Shown here piece after piece: positions 24,769 through 34,850 of a stretch of DNA of 64,000 nucleotides. Both the position numbers and the translations under genes were made by a program. The notes under the pieces were generated by a model. The model made no database searches. It was not told where the DNA came from and was given only the letters and a program-made list of their open reading frames with translations. Source of the stretch: Klebsormidium nitens (lineage: Eukaryota > Plantae > Klebsormidiophyceae). Each line of letters begins with the position of its first letter. Positions within the stretch are counted from its first letter, which is position 1. The stretch is taken from NCBI GenBank assembly GCA_000708835.1, contig DF237230.1, forward strand, positions 1 to 64,000. The letters run 5' to 3'.

Positions 24769-25013
24769 TACCCGATTCGTCTAGAAGACTGACTTCCTCT
24801 TGCCTAGGCGGAATGCGCCTGGAACGCAGATTGTACCCCCAAGACTGAGGACCACTCATGAGATTGACACCAAGATCGTCTACCACTAAACGAGGCCAGT
24901 TTCCACCACCAAACAACGTTCATGTGCTGATAAACTTCGGGCCTAGTGCACAGCTGAGAAGCTGCCACAACGTGGTCAGGTCGACAGTTCCGAGTCAACT
25001 CCAAGTGCCAGTG

Positions 25014-25160
25014 CCTAGCAAGCCGAAGCAAGCTGTCCGTCAAATGAACCAAAGTTCACTGTCCGCCCTAGCAAGCCGAAGCAAGCTGTCCGTCAGAGCA
25101 AGCCAAAGCAAGCTGTTCACCAGAGCAAACCGAAGTTTGCTGTTCGACAAACCAGGCAGA
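25014..25160 (+). repeat. ~26/53-bp degenerate tandem repeat between the two element ORFs
   Basis: cctagcaagccgaagcaagctgtccgtca occurs exactly at 25014 and 25067, followed by decayed gcaagccaaagcaagctgttc and gcaaaccgaagtttgctgttc units. Confidence 0.85.
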
Positions 25161-25383
25161 AAGCGCCCGGCCGGCAAGTGGCACTGGTCCACTTGCCTCC
25201 ACAATCCCTTCCACGGGATATCACCCCCTGGTCTCGCAGCGTTTTGCTTTGAGAACACAGGTTTCGGTAGTCAGGTGAGTCCCGCGGTGTAACTGCAAGT
25301 AGGCGTAAAAGTGACACGCTCAAGCAGAAACAACGGGACGGTCACACGACCCAAGAAAGCAACCACAATGTCTTTCCTCACCC

Positions 25384-26229
25384 CTAGCGACGGGACTGGG
25401 GAATGGTGATGCGGATGCCGTTGCCAAACTCGATGACGGCAGCGTCGCTGTCCCTGGCAGGTGAGCGACGTGGCGGCGTCCGATCACGTGGCTTGGGCGG
25501 CGACCTCGAGTTGTCGTGGAAACGACGCGGCGGGGAGCGAGAACGCTGGCGCTGAACTGGTGCAGGGCCCCAGTCACGTCCCCTGTCGCGCGCGTTGTTG
25601 TTGGCGCGGCCACCACGCCCCCCACGACCACCGTTGGCAATGGATGCAGGTGCGCGCGCTGCTGCAGGCCTGCCTTGGGCAGTGCCTGGTACTGGTCCGG
25701 GCCCGGCCGCGGCGATGCGTGCGCGCTCCTCGCGGGAGAGGCGCAGATCGGGTGCAGCGCGGCGACGTGCAGACAGGTGGGCCTCAGCGTTTGGTGCTGC
25801 AGCTCCCTGGTTCTGCTTGGCCCGCTTCTTCTTGTCCTTCTTAGCCTGCTGGGCAGCAGCAGACTTGTAAGTGGGTTCAGGTGGGAGTACCAGCTCTGTC
25901 CCTGGCGCAGGCACACCGAGCAAGTCACGATGCAAACCACTCCCTCCTCCCTCAAGACCACCGGCAAGTCCGGAAGCAGCACTCGCGCGCGAGTCCACAA
26001 GCATGGGATCCTCAATCCCGCGTTCCCGTTCCGGCGGCGCCACGTAGGTGCCGTCAGACTTGGACCTGTTGACGATGCGCTGGCGCTCGCGGAAACCTTC
26101 AAGCTCGTCTTGAGTGCCGAGGAAGCGGAGCCCAAGCTCAATGTCAAACACCTCCTTGGTGGGCTCAGCGTTACGCTCGTTCTTCTCGTTGTACCCATGG
26201 GGCCATTCTGCGGCTCCACCATCCTGCAT
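25384..26229 (-). CDS. Extra ORF upstream of gag, with a basic RGG/RS-rich C-terminus
   Basis: Open frame 26301-25384 with first ATG at 26229 (MQDGGAAEW). Contains KKDKKKRAK, GGRGGRGGR and RSRSPPRR...RSPP...RTPPRRSP. Intronless and on the same strand as gag. Confidence 0.6.
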   Translation of the reverse strand: MQDGGAAEWPHGYNEKNERNAEPTKEVFDIELGLRFLGTQDELEGFRERQRIVNRSKSDGTYVAPPERERGIEDPMLVDSRASAASGLAGGLEGGGSGLHRDLLGVPAPGTELVLPPEPTYKSAAAQQAKKDKKKRAKQNQGAAAPNAEAHLSARRRAAPDLRLSREERARIAAAGPGPVPGTAQGRPAAARAPASIANGGRGGRGGRANNNARDRGRDWGPAPVQRQRSRSPPRRFHDNSRSPPKPRDRTPPRRSPARDSDAAVIEFGNGIRITIPQSRR

Positions 26230-26307
26230 TGCTAAGGACTGCCATAATGGCGCACGGTCAGCTACAGCGCGCTGCGCGCTAGGGTTCAGACCTGTGCTCA
26301 CTTATGC

Positions 26308-26325
26308 ATCCTCAGTCAGGCGCCA
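26308..26325 (-). promoter_or_regulatory. Candidate primer-binding site (TGGCGCCTGACTGAGGAT)
   Basis: The minus strand reads ...GCGCA-A-TGGCGCC..., a CA dinucleotide followed by TGG as at an LTR-PBS junction. TGGCGCC is the start of tRNA-Lys-type PBSs. The matching tRNA was not verified. Confidence 0.3.
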
Positions 26326-27648
26326 TTGCGCTCAGCAGGTGTGCGTCTGTCCTTCAAAAGCATGCACCTTCAGAAGGCTGTCAAAGTGCTGCTCAAACAG
26401 AAGCGCAAGAACAGCGACGTGGATCTGAAAATCTGCCCTTAGCAAAATGCAACAGCGGCAAATCAGCCCGTAACGCCCCGATCCAAGTGGTAAAATGCGG
26501 CAAAACACCAAGCAAATTCTTGGCTGTCCTACAGCACCTTCCTAAAGTGACGGAGCTCCAAAATCAGAATTTTCCTGCTCCCGACGTCAAAGATCTGAAA
26601 TCATGCAACGCGGCCAATGCCCTGTCACCGCACAAGATGCAACCCCCTGAGGTGCCCTTGCTGGTCCGTAAGGTGTCAAATGTGCCGCTGTAGCCAAAAT
26701 CAGCCTTTAGCCTCCTTTCACAAAGGAAACCCTACGTAAAAGTCAAAGTGCCGGAACGTCTAAAATCCATGCCACTTCAACCCGACTAGCTCCGCAATGC
26801 AGCCAAGCTCAAACCAAAGCATGATCTACTTGCAAGTCGTAGGAGAAGGCCTCCCGGAGTCGTGGCTACCGGGGCGGTCTCTCAAGACATGCATTTGCAC
26901 GGACGCAATGGTTTAAGACAAGGTCACCGGAGAATGATCATTCATGCTAAGAAATCACATGTATCAATGAGAACACATGAGAAGCACCGAAGATAATACC
27001 TTCACTTCAATGGGCAGCCCTTCTGTAAGAAGCGGCTCCTTCCTCTCCTTCTCTCCTTCAAGGTCACTTGCAAGTAGATGTCTAAGAGTTGGTTGGGAGC
27101 TTCCTTATAGCTAGGCATGCTACTTGGGTAGTCATTATCCAACCGGTTACACAAAGACAACTCGGAGCAAGTGTGTCACTGTTTATACTGTTAACCGAGT
27201 ACCAACCCGTACTAAATAGTCTAGCCACGGGCAAGCATTGTATTAACCACTAAAGTACCGTTTTATATGATTAACACCGAGTATCGAACTCGAGTCGGTT
27301 TACTACGAATTACCTATTTCGTGAATCCCGGATTTAGGTGATTCCGACTTGAAAGCTAAATCGACGGCCGGAAATAGGGCCACAATCGGGCCACCGTCCG
27401 ATGATCCCGAATTAAGGCTAAAAAGTAGGTTGTTGTCCCAAATATACAGCCCTAAATATGCTAATGAATGTTAAGGGTAATGTAGGCCGCAGTTGTAGTT
27501 GTAGTCGGAATGTGTCGCCCCTAGTTGTCGTCACAACCGCTACACGTGGCAGTCGTGTCTACATATCGCCTCGATCCATTGCACGAGCTCGGAATCGACA
27601 TGCCACAGCGCCGAGACTGTACGTCATGACATGGACTGCGCTACGCAG

Positions 27649-29989
27649 CCGATGCAGGTACCGTCATACCAGGACTACCGGTACCGATTACGACAGCACC
27701 GGCGGTCCCTACAGTCACCCCGGCAACCCTCTTTGGACGTCCATGTAACCAACCTCTTGCCTTGCCCCATGCCAAAGTTTGGTGCATCTAAGATAGGGAG
27801 CTTGCCTTTTTGGTGTGCTATTGCTCCTTTGCTGTTGTCCTTGGATACAAAACGGAGAATTCCGGAATGACAAGGGTCAGACAACAAACAAACAAAAGGA
27901 TCCAGCTTCTTGTCAATTGTAACTTCTTCCCTCCATCATACGAGATAGGCTGGAATGCTTGCCAAGCCCCCACGAATCTGGCTACGTTTTGCCTCAAACG
28001 CTGGCCTTGCTCGAAATAACCTGGGAGGTTTTTCGTGGCATTCAATGGGTCTGGAGTCGTGTGCAACCGCAATGAATTTACGCTGCCTTTTTTTCTGTTA
28101 GTACTAGTTCCTGTAAAAGAAGCCTAGTATTTTCCATCGTGGGTTTGGCTGGGTTAAGTGATTGGTTCCATTATTTCCACTTAGCTTCAGCTACCGCCTG
28201 TCCCCGATCCAAGTCACAACTGCTCAACAATCTTGGCGAACTCGTAGTCTCGTACTCGTGAGGAACGAGAGGGGACGTTACTCCACATAAATACAGCTTA
28301 ATTAGAACCACTAGAACCGTATATAAGTGCGCCATATATGGCGCAGCTTGCCTCGTTCAAAATAAATGTGCAAAAAGTGGAAAATGACTAAAAACAAATA
28401 TTTTAAAATTATGGTAGGTTACTATTGACCCTTTTCAACATATGTAACATCCTAACTTGTTGAAAAGTTAAAAGTTCCACCCACAGCAAGCTTGGAAACA
28501 AATGCAAGCCGGAATCAGCAGGCTCCCGTTTTGCCCCAGGAATAAGTGCTCCATATATGGCGCACTTAAATTTTGGCGGTTTATTTCAAGGGTCTACAAG
28601 CATTTTTTTCGCAAACTCCGTTCATGGCTACCTTTGGGGTGATCAAAGGATCTCGTACACACTCTTACATGTTTGAAAGCTCAAAAACGTGATGCACAAA
28701 CCTAGCATTGGTTACGTCGAAAACTGCGCCGTGAGAGCCCGATAAGCTTATTTGGTGTTCGGTTCGAACGTATCGGTGCTTTTTGATATGGATATCCTTT
28801 GGTGAGTTGTTGCCAACCTATTGTGGAAATAACCGGGCTTTTAAAATGACATTCCTCAAATTTTTGGAGGCTCGGCGTGGGCAATTCTAGGCATTTTTCT
28901 GCATTTTTGACCATTTGTTAGGGCAAATAATTGTCCAAAATAGGCAAAAACATTAGCATTTTCGCAGTTTCAGCCTTGCGGGACTCGAACCTCGGTACCT
29001 TAGGTCCAGACCACTGTGTACTAACCCGGTAGACTATCCGAGCATGTCAACAAATTTCAAAATATATACATAATACTGCATTCCGCGCGACCAGCCTTTG
29101 AATGACGCGTGTTACCTAGTTGAAATATCGGCTGAAAATTTTTTCGGGTCGAAATCGAGTGCTAGGGGGGTACTAAGACAGGGTAACGACGTCGGAATCG
29201 GAAAAATGTTCAAAACGAGGCCGTGGCAAATTTGCAAACCTTTGAAAAGGAAAGTGCGCCATATATGGCACACTTACGGTTCTAGTGTATTCTAAAGGCG
29301 AAGGCGGATTAATTCGCCTTCAATCATTGCTATCCGCTGATCTGGTTCCGCTCGAGCGGCTCAACACGGGCTGCGGCGAGGAAAGCATTGCTATTATGTT
29401 CCACTCCGTTTGTTCCGCTCCGTCCCCGGAGCATCGCCGTCACGTTTGACCAGACCTAGCTAGTTGATAGAAAGGACTTCAGACTGAAACCATTCGTTCC
29501 GTTCGTTCCGTTCCGCCAGATTCCCCAAAGGTCACCTGCACCAACACGGGCGGCGGCTTCAGCCGCGAATGCCCGAGGATCGTCATCAGTACCGCAAGGG
29601 GAAACGGGACGATTGGAAACTGCGTCTGCGCCAATACGACGTTCCCCGTCGAAAACGTGTGTCAGGCCAACGTCGCGTGCGCCCTCTGTACCAGGGGTTG
29701 TAACATGGATTCGGACTGCCCGTTCAACAATGTCTGCGCAACTAGCTGCGCGGGGATGGCGCCTCCGGCGTTGGTCCTCGCTTTTGGGACCTTTGCCGGG
29801 CCGCTGCGTTCCCAAGTGTGGCCCGGGGCAACCCCCCGTAAACCGTTGCTGATCAGCGGTGGGAAAGTAGGGGTAGTGAGGGAGTGCGCTCCTACTTACC
29901 GGAGCGTGAAGCTGCTATCGACCCGTTACCATTGTACAGTTTGCATCTCCGTGTTCGAGCCGTTTGGTTCGGTCACGTCGTACGTCTGA
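27649..29989 (+). CDS. Cys-rich, probably extracellular protein (partial: last exon 29520-29989, tentative Pro/Thr-rich exon 27649-27744)
   Basis: The acceptor ccgccag|29520 opens SPKVTCTNTGGGFSRECP...NCVCANTT...NVCQANVACALCTRGCNMDSDCPFNNVCATSCAG, with a stop at 29987-29989. Exon 27649-27744 (DAGTVIPGLPVPITTAPAVPTVTPATLFGRP, donor gtaacc) is phase-compatible. No start codon or signal peptide was found. Confidence 0.5.
28302..29295. mobile_element. Non-autonomous TIR DNA element (MITE-like, ~1 kb, AT-rich)
   Basis: The left end ttagaaccactagaaccgta(tata)agtgcgccatatatggcgca matches the reverse complement of the right end (ttagaatacactagaaccgtaagtgtgccatatatggcgca). CACTA is at 28309 and TAGTG ends at 29287. 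The interior is much more AT-rich than the flanks. The TSD is ambiguous (TA possible; no 3-bp CACTA-type TSD). Confidence 0.75.
28970..29045 (-). other. tRNA-like Pol III promoter (A and B boxes) inside the TIR element
   Basis: The minus strand reads GCTCGGATAGTCTACCGGGTTAG ... CCGAGGTTCGAGTCCCGC, with box spacing of a tRNA but degenerate stems. Confidence 0.45.
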
Positions 29990-30882
29990 GGAGTCGGAGG
30001 TTTGATCAGGATAACGGCATTTACGTCGTTTAGGATGCCGTCGCGCTTGACGACGATAGACGTGAATTTGATAGACCTATACGAACCCAAACAAACCTGA
30101 GGCTGTCCAAGCTATTCAGCGCCCTACACAATGACTTAGAAAGACGTAAATGAACACTGCTTTTTTGTAGGCTCGTGCACAATTCCTAAGGAGAATCTAG
30201 TAAGAGTTTTATGGCATATTTCGAAAACTGAGAATGCCTATATCACAACAGCCGCGAAAGAGAAGCTTTGACCACGACAACTCTTTCCGTTTCCAAAGTA
30301 CGATACAAACGCCTATCAATCGAACGAGACTTCCATCATTCGATCTTTAACGACTCAGAACCGTTAAGTTAACGGAAACTTCCGTTCGAATATCAAGTAC
30401 AACATGCCCAATGAAAAGACGCATTCCCAGCCCAACATGCATACACTGCACAACGTCCTCCAACCACTTCACGTCCACTAACTACTTAATGCATGAATCA
30501 AATGCAACATGAGCAGCTTCGCGCCGCGGCGTGCCCGTTTATCGACTCAGATATTTTCATCGTAAACATTCACAAGGCATTCACACGTGATCATCGACTA
30601 ACTACGAATATTCGCATACTCATTTGCAGATATCATGACCAGTGTTTCCACGAATCGTACAATTATTCGCATCAGGTTCAAGCCTGCAGCTTCAATGGCA
30701 GCCAACATTAGTGTCTTAGTGCGACAGGGACTTCTAGCCGCATAGCGATCAGTATTGACTCTTCAAGTGCACGTACCTAAAGGAGTTAACCTACTCCGAC
30801 CAGCTTCCAACTGCAGATGATGGAACCAACAACCAGCAAAACAATTAACACCAGGGACAAGGCCATCTTATCTTCAAACCCC

Positions 30883-32775
30883 TTATTCAGAAGAATCAGT
30901 TTCGGAACCGGATTCAAAAGCCTGTCTCTTGGGAGACTCTCTCTCGGCTTGATCTGCTGCGTAGTCTCCGGCCACGATCTTCGCCGCTTCGAACTTGTTC
31001 CCATTGCTCGGGTCCGTCTTCACGAGCCACCCGGTGCACGGCATAACCCCTTTTCCGTCCTCGGTCACCGACACCCCGCAGCTCCCGGCCACAAGCAGGT
31101 TGTCGGTTTGGACCCCGGGTTTCACCCGCGCATCAACCAGGATGAACGGGCACTCCACGAGCCCGCTCGGGGGATTCTCCCGGTCAATCGCTTTGCGGCG
31201 GCGCATCACCCCTTTAACTTCTTCATAAGGAAAGAAAGCGCAGAGCCAGCCCGAGATATGCTGGGGGGAAGGCCCCGACTGATGGCCCGACTCTGCGCTT
31301 AGCACCCGGCTCCACCAGTCCTGGTCCACGTTGCCCCGGTACGTACCCACCAGGCGCTCTAAGACCGTCTCTAGTGTGTCCAGCCACCAGTCCAGGCCGA
31401 TGTTCAGCGCGCGCAGCGCGCGCGTCTTCTCCGTCAGGGCCTCCCAATCCGCGAGCATTCCGTGCAGTGTCACGGACGGAATTCCGCACTCTGGAACGGA
31501 CTTCCGCCTGGCGCAACCTGCTATTCCCATCTTGTAGACGAAGTAGTGCTTCATGGAATCCATGAGAACAATCTGGCTGGAGGTTTTGGCGACGAAGTCC
31601 GTCGTGGAGAAGTCGTTGACGCTAACTTTGGTGGTTTCTCCCTTCACGAGGTCGTCCAGCTCGTCGACGATGAGCTGGACGCACTTGGGCCACTCCAAGA
31701 GCGTCTTCTTCCCTGTAGCAAAACAAAGCTTTCACTTTGTTTGAGAGCGTCACAGTCAGCCATGGCTAAAAGGACTCAAGCATGAAATGGTTGACGCCTT
31801 CAGTGCAGATGTTGGAGGAAATGAGGAGAAACGACTGAGAGCTGAGATTGTCTGCACAAGCAAGAGATATGCAGCTACATGATGGCTGCTGTACAAAGTC
31901 CAAACGGGTCCTGAACACCAACGTCGTTTGAAGCTGCCGAACAAGTTCAGATCAAGACAAATCAGATATCCTAAGCTGTGTTGTTACGACTTCGCAAAAA
32001 ATGGGATGATCCTCATTACTCAAAAGTCCTGTCCAGTGCGAAGTTGTTCGTCCTTGGTGAGACGAATTGGTCAACAGCGCCTCTCCCTTGATATCCAAGA
32101 TGCAGTCTTCTTGGGCCATAAAACACGTGAACAACATACCAACATGCTGGAGCAAAGTAGAAACGGAAAACGTTACCCTGCTTTTCATAGGTTAGCATCC
32201 TAACGACTCGGGTCATGTGTTGTAATTTCCTTCAGATGACCTCCTCAGATAACCTCCTCAGCCAAGGGCTCTTTTTGATCGAGACCTTGCATCCAACAAC
32301 TCATCAACTTGATGCTGTTGGAGGTATTTGTGAGCTACTTGCTGACCAGCTCATAGGGTTGCTGTATCTATCTCGTTCTCCCGAGAATCCGGAAACAAAA
32401 TTTATCCTTGGAAATCCAGGGATTATATTCACCTGTCAGGAAATCAGTCACGTCGACCAGAATGTCCTTCTTCCCTTCATGGTCCACAAAGGTCTTCCTG
32501 TACTTCTCTGCGTTCTTGTCAGCCTGTAGATGCGCACTGACTCCCTGAGATACGGCCAGCCAGATGTCATCCGGACGCAGATGCAAACAGTAGCGTCCAG
32601 CATATGCAGCCGTAATAGCTCCCAAAAGGCCACTCTCAAACTTGCCGCTCCCAGTCGGAAGAACCATCCCCTCAGAGCAGTCGAAAACTTCCTTTTCTGC
32701 ATACCGCTTCTTTGAGCTTGCCCCTGTAGTCATGTGCTCGCGCAAGCTGTGAACAAAAAAATCCCGGCTCCTCAT
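30883..32775 (-). CDS. DUF4419 family protein, 2 exons
   Basis: Exons 32433-32775 and 30883-31712 are frame-consistent (donor gtgaat, acceptor ctacag). Recalled family motifs: LHLRPDDIWLAV, FVDHEGKKDILV, DFSTT, VLMDSMKHYF, CGIPSVTLHG..ADW, ISGWLCAFFPY. The start codon is uncertain. Confidence 0.85.
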
Positions 32776-34429
32776 CCTTTGAAGCTGAATGGTGGCGCTT
32801 GCGCTGCTTGGAGACTCTGAGAGTTCTGGCTGTGATGTGAGGCGCTAAGACTTGCGTGCTGCTCGTTTGTTGCTCCATTTCTTGCTTTCCTTGGTTGTTC
32901 AACGTGCCTAATGATATAAGCAAGGCCGGGAGGGTGCCACGTCAAAAGTGCTTCTTTTTATGAGCGCCGAAGAGCAAAACGATGGCTTATAGAAGGCTCC
33001 CTTTTCAAAGATTCTTGTGCGCAAAAGACGTACCCCTATGCTCGACTGCAGAGATTGCTTCTGAGATGGGGTGATGTCACCTCCCAAAGAGCGGCCTCCC
33101 AGGTGTGTCAAACCTCGTGACTGCACGCAGACTGCCCGCGGCGCGCATCCGGGGCGCGCGCCAGACGGTCCCGGCAGCCGCGCCGCTGTCAAACCTCCAG
33201 GCAGGGTTTGGGGGTTTAGATTGGCGAAGTCGCGGCCGGTCGAAGTGCGCTCGATTTGCACACTGGACACAGCGCACGTGGTTTCAGGTTTTCTAAGCGT
33301 GAGGTGCGACTTCTCTTTGAATCGTTGTGGCATCGCGGCTTGCAGTGCCCCTCGCGTGCAGGCTCAAAGGCACGAGGTGGTATATGAGTTTTCAGATTGA
33401 CGTGAGGACCATTTCTCGAGGTCTGTTTTACATAACAGCTTTCCTGGGACGTTGTCCTTTCCATCCATCTCAAGCACGTATGCATCGGAGAGAACCTGAT
33501 CTTGTTCTTACGGCAACACTTTGACAGTAGAAGGGCACTTTCGTAGCCACGTTGAGCACGGGAATCTAGAATCTTATTCTGCAAGGAGGGCCTCGAGATC
33601 TCGACAACCCGAAATATCTCTCTGCAAAGGGTACGCACATATTGTGATAATAGCAATTGCTCATTAACAATGGCAAGTGCTCCTGGTTATGCTCCAATCA
33701 AGGCATCAACAGTGTGACTAAACCTCATGCGCCGTACAATAAGAGCAGACATGCGCAACATGATGCAGATGGAAGCGCGCACGTCAGGCGCGGTTGGCGA
33801 CTATCATGAATTCATCAATTAAATCAAGGCATTCACTTGGGATTCGGAAGCCGGACGTCGAAGAGATGCTCAAACATCCAGATGAAGGCGGCCAATATAT
33901 AACCTGTCGATGGACACTCGAAATATCACTGACGAGATTCGAGAAGATATACCAATCCATGCGTTTTATCAAGCAGACTTGACAAAGGTCCATCTATTCC
34001 GTTGCATGCATGTGTGTTACAGAAATATTATAATGTGCGGTGATGTGTAGCCACAGTTTCTGGCTAGTCCGAAGACGTCAAGGGCTTGGTGGCCCTTTCA
34101 AGGCTCCAATTTGGATCATCAAGATTGTTATATCTTCCTGTACAAATATGTATGTGCAGCCTGTTCCTCGAACAAAAGCCAGCCTTCATTTATAAATCAG
34201 GCTTAAACGGCCCCCCCAAGCCTTTTACCTCTCATCCAACTACCAATTTGTATGCTGATCAAAGCCGCGGTGAGCACGACTTTCTTCCTCTTTCTATGCA
34301 ATCTCATTGGACTACAGCCTGCCAAATATCTTCGGGGGCCAAAATCCTGCACGAATGCACCTCGCCGTTCACTTTCTCACACTTTCACCCGTTCCAACTT
34401 TCTTCCCATTCTCTTTCCTACCGCTCATG

Positions 34430-34850
34430 TTCAATGATTCCGCTGCTACCATATTTACTCCGAACGGCGAGACCGACACCATAGTCCTGAACGCATGCAC
34501 TTGTGTCAATTCCCTTAAGCTTTCACCCGTTCCAAGTCTCCCCCCACTCTAGTTCCTAACGCTCAATCTGCTGCTACCATCACCCCGAACGCCGCGACCG
34601 ACACTAGAGCCCTCAACGCATGCAGCTCGTAGCGCTCACTTTGACTTTTACCACGTTTTCCCCCACCCTAGTTATTAACGCCCATCCCGCTGCTACCATC
34701 ACTCCGAACGCCGAAACGTACTGACTCCCCTGGACCTTACTTTTAGCCGTTCCAATTTTCTCCCCGTTCTAATTCTAACATTCATCTCGCCGCTACCATC
34801 ACTCCGAACGCCGAGACTGACACCACGGTCCGGAACGCGTGCAGCTCGTA
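34430..34850 (-). repeat. 100-128-bp degenerate tandem copies of the DUF1772 last-exon end
   Basis: gctaccat...ccgaacg at 34445, 34573, 34692 and 34792; the last copy is the coding one. Confidence 0.85.

Larger units (their letters stand above)
20400..26330 (-). mobile_element. Gag-only (non-autonomous) Ty3/gypsy-like retroelement; boundaries approximate and no LTR pair seen
   Basis: Contains an intronless 3.9 kb gag-type ORF, a second upstream ORF, internal tandem repeats and a PBS-like motif. No RT, RNase H or integrase motifs were seen, and no matching pair of long direct repeats could be found by eye. Confidence 0.7.

Noticed and set aside
21078-24784. Many plus-strand ORFs overlapping gag, and 25320-26235 ORFs overlapping ORF1
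   Set aside because: These are shadow frames of GC-rich coding sequence with no recognisable motifs.
20396-27250. tgtattaa(a)cc at 20396 and 27240 as matching LTR edges
   Set aside because: Similarity fades within ~25 bp and no PBS lies next to 27240.
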